A DNA stretch of 64,000 nucleotides from Candidatus Omnitrophota bacterium (GTDB lineage Bacteria; Omnitrophota; Gorgyraeia; Gygaellales; Profunditerraquicolaceae): contig JALOQJ010000001.1 in the NCBI GenBank assembly GCA_025453445.1, positions 9,155-73,154 of the forward strand, given 5' to 3'. Positions 63,086-64,000 of the stretch are shown here, in pieces. The notes beneath the pieces are model-generated. The model did not search any database. It had not been told where the DNA came from and saw nothing but the letters and a program-made list of their open reading frames with translations. The translations under genes and the position numbers were made by a program. The stretch's first letter is position 1. Each line of letters starts with the position of its first letter.

Positions 63086-63295
63086 AGTTTAGTGGCTGAC
63101 TTGGCCGGTTTCGAGCGCGGCTTCAAAAATCCCGAGCGGCCATGGTTCCCGCAGCCGGCTCCTTAATTGAAAAACGCTTTTATCCACAGCCCGGCTGCGG
63201 GAGAGCGAGGGGTTTTTGCAGAGCGATAAGCACCGCCACGGTGGGGCGGTGCAAGCGTCCGCGCGAGAAACGGGACAAGGCAGACGCGAAACAAT
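63086..63295 (-). repeat. Right ~210-bp imperfect inverted repeat (contains TTATCCACA at 63180-63188)
   Basis: Reverse complement aligns with 59657-59866. Confidence 0.85.
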
Positions 63296-63337
63296 TATGC
63301 CTCGGCAGGACCCGCCCCTGCTAAAAGCTAGACAAAC

Positions 63338-63393
63338 AAAAAAGGCGCTGATTTCTCAACGCCTTTCCTCGTAGCATAAATCACCTTTCCGAC
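63338..63393 (-). ncRNA. Putative ~56-nt sRNA antisense to the adjacent tRNA-like gene
   Basis: GTCGGAAAGGTGATTTATGCTACGAGG plus terminator AAAGGCGTTGA-GAAA-TCAGCGCCTTTTTT, directly behind a near-consensus promoter. Confidence 0.7.
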
Positions 63394-63399
63394 AATAAA

Positions 63400-63428
63400 A
63401 GTATAACTGGAATAAACTTCTCTGTCAA
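63400..63428 (-). promoter_or_regulatory. Strong sigma70 promoter for the sRNA
   Basis: TTGACA (63428-63423)-17 nt-TATACT (63405-63400); predicted +1 is G63393. Confidence 0.8.
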
Positions 63429-63438
63429 GTAAAACTGA

Positions 63439-63477
63439 TGGCGTAGTTAGCCTTTCCGACCCAGCCTAACTACGCCA
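63439..63477 (-). other. tRNA trailer hairpin presenting an anti-anticodon-arm sequence
   Basis: TGGCGTAGTTAG-[GCTGGGTCGGAAAGG]-CTAACTACGCCA. Confidence 0.8.
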
Positions 63478-63486
63478 CCTTCATTA

Positions 63487-63561
63487 TCCCCTTGGCGGGA
63501 TTCGAACCCGCATCGCCCTTTTCGTCGGAAAGGTGCATTATCCATTTTATGCTACAAGGGG
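63487..63561 (-). tRNA. Non-canonical tRNA-like gene (positional anticodon GAC, C33, G37)
   Basis: CCCCTTG TA GCAT AAAATGGATA ATGC A CCTTT CCGACGA AAAGG GCGAT GCGGG TTCGAAT CCCGC CAAGGGG A; all four stems perfectly paired. Confidence 0.8.
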
Positions 63562-63705
63562 ACATGAGCGAAGGACTGCCTTACCGGCTCCTTCAGTATA
63601 ATAGACGCAGAAAACATTGAAATCTAACTAACATTTTGTAACTTTTTCCCCTTGCTCCCATCCGCAAATAGTGCTAAAATTATAAAGTAACTTAGAGGAG
63701 GAAAG

Positions 63706-64000
63706 ATGATTATTACAGAAGCAAAACCCATTGGGGAAATTATAGATAGCTTAAAAGATTACAAAAAGATTTTTCTGATTGGCTGCGGAGAATGTGCCAC
63801 GACCTGCAAGACCGGAGGCAAGGATGAGCTGGTAAAGATGCAGCAGGAGCTGGAAAAAGCAGGTAAGGTTGTTTTAGGCAGCTGTATTCCTGATGCCCCG
63901 TGCATTGCCAGTCAGGTTAAAACTGAATTAGCCAAGAATATGAAATTGCTGCGAGAAACAGAGGCAGTTTTAGTTTTGGCCTGTGGTTTGGGTGTGCAGT
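63706..64000 (+). CDS. Methylenetetrahydrofolate reductase C-terminal-domain (MetV-like) protein, partial
   Basis: MIITEAKP...GCGECATTCKTGG...LACGLGVQ; GAGGAGG RBS. Confidence 0.8.
   Translation, partial: MIITEAKPIGEIIDSLKDYKKIFLIGCGECATTCKTGGKDELVKMQQELEKAGKVVLGSCIPDAPCIASQVKTELAKNMKLLRETEAVLVLACGLGVQ

Noticed and set aside
63338-63400. Riboswitch or T-box leader
   Set aside because: No downstream gene on that strand, too short, and no T-box or known aptamer motif; antisense pairing explains the sequence better
63487-63561. tRNA as the integration (att) site of the island
   Set aside because: No direct repeat of its 3' end was found near 59.6 kb and there is no integrase; the related sequence matches the 5' half and is inverted

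Overview
Bacterial chromosome segment spanning the replication origin. Gene strand switches from minus to plus at dnaA/rpmH (~40 kb). Gene content and repeat style suggest a PVC-superphylum organism such as Omnitrophota, which is inference only. The left arm carries pabB/pabC, a V/A-type ATPase operon, the pyrimidine operon with a PyrR attenuator, glmS, gyrAB, dnaN and dnaA. The right arm carries rpmH-yidD-yidC, parAB with parS-like sites, ndk, yicC-gmk-rpoZ-coaC, a tRNA cluster with LAGLIDADG genes, thrS-infC-rpmI-rplT, trk, pheST, 6S RNA and rarA. The most striking feature is at 63.3-63.6 kb. A non-canonical tRNA-like gene is followed by a trailer hairpin complementary to its own anticodon arm. 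Next comes a separately promoted and terminated ~56-nt RNA that can form ~26 bp with the tRNA's 5' half, making this a candidate RNA-only tRNA/anti-tRNA module. It sits beside an AbrB-VapC-GHKL ATPase island bracketed by ~210-bp inverted repeats. Other oddities: REP-like hairpins each abutting a DnaA box, ORF6N palindromes, a CarA lacking its catalytic Cys/His, no rnpA at its usual locus, and small repeats inserted in frame into housekeeping genes.
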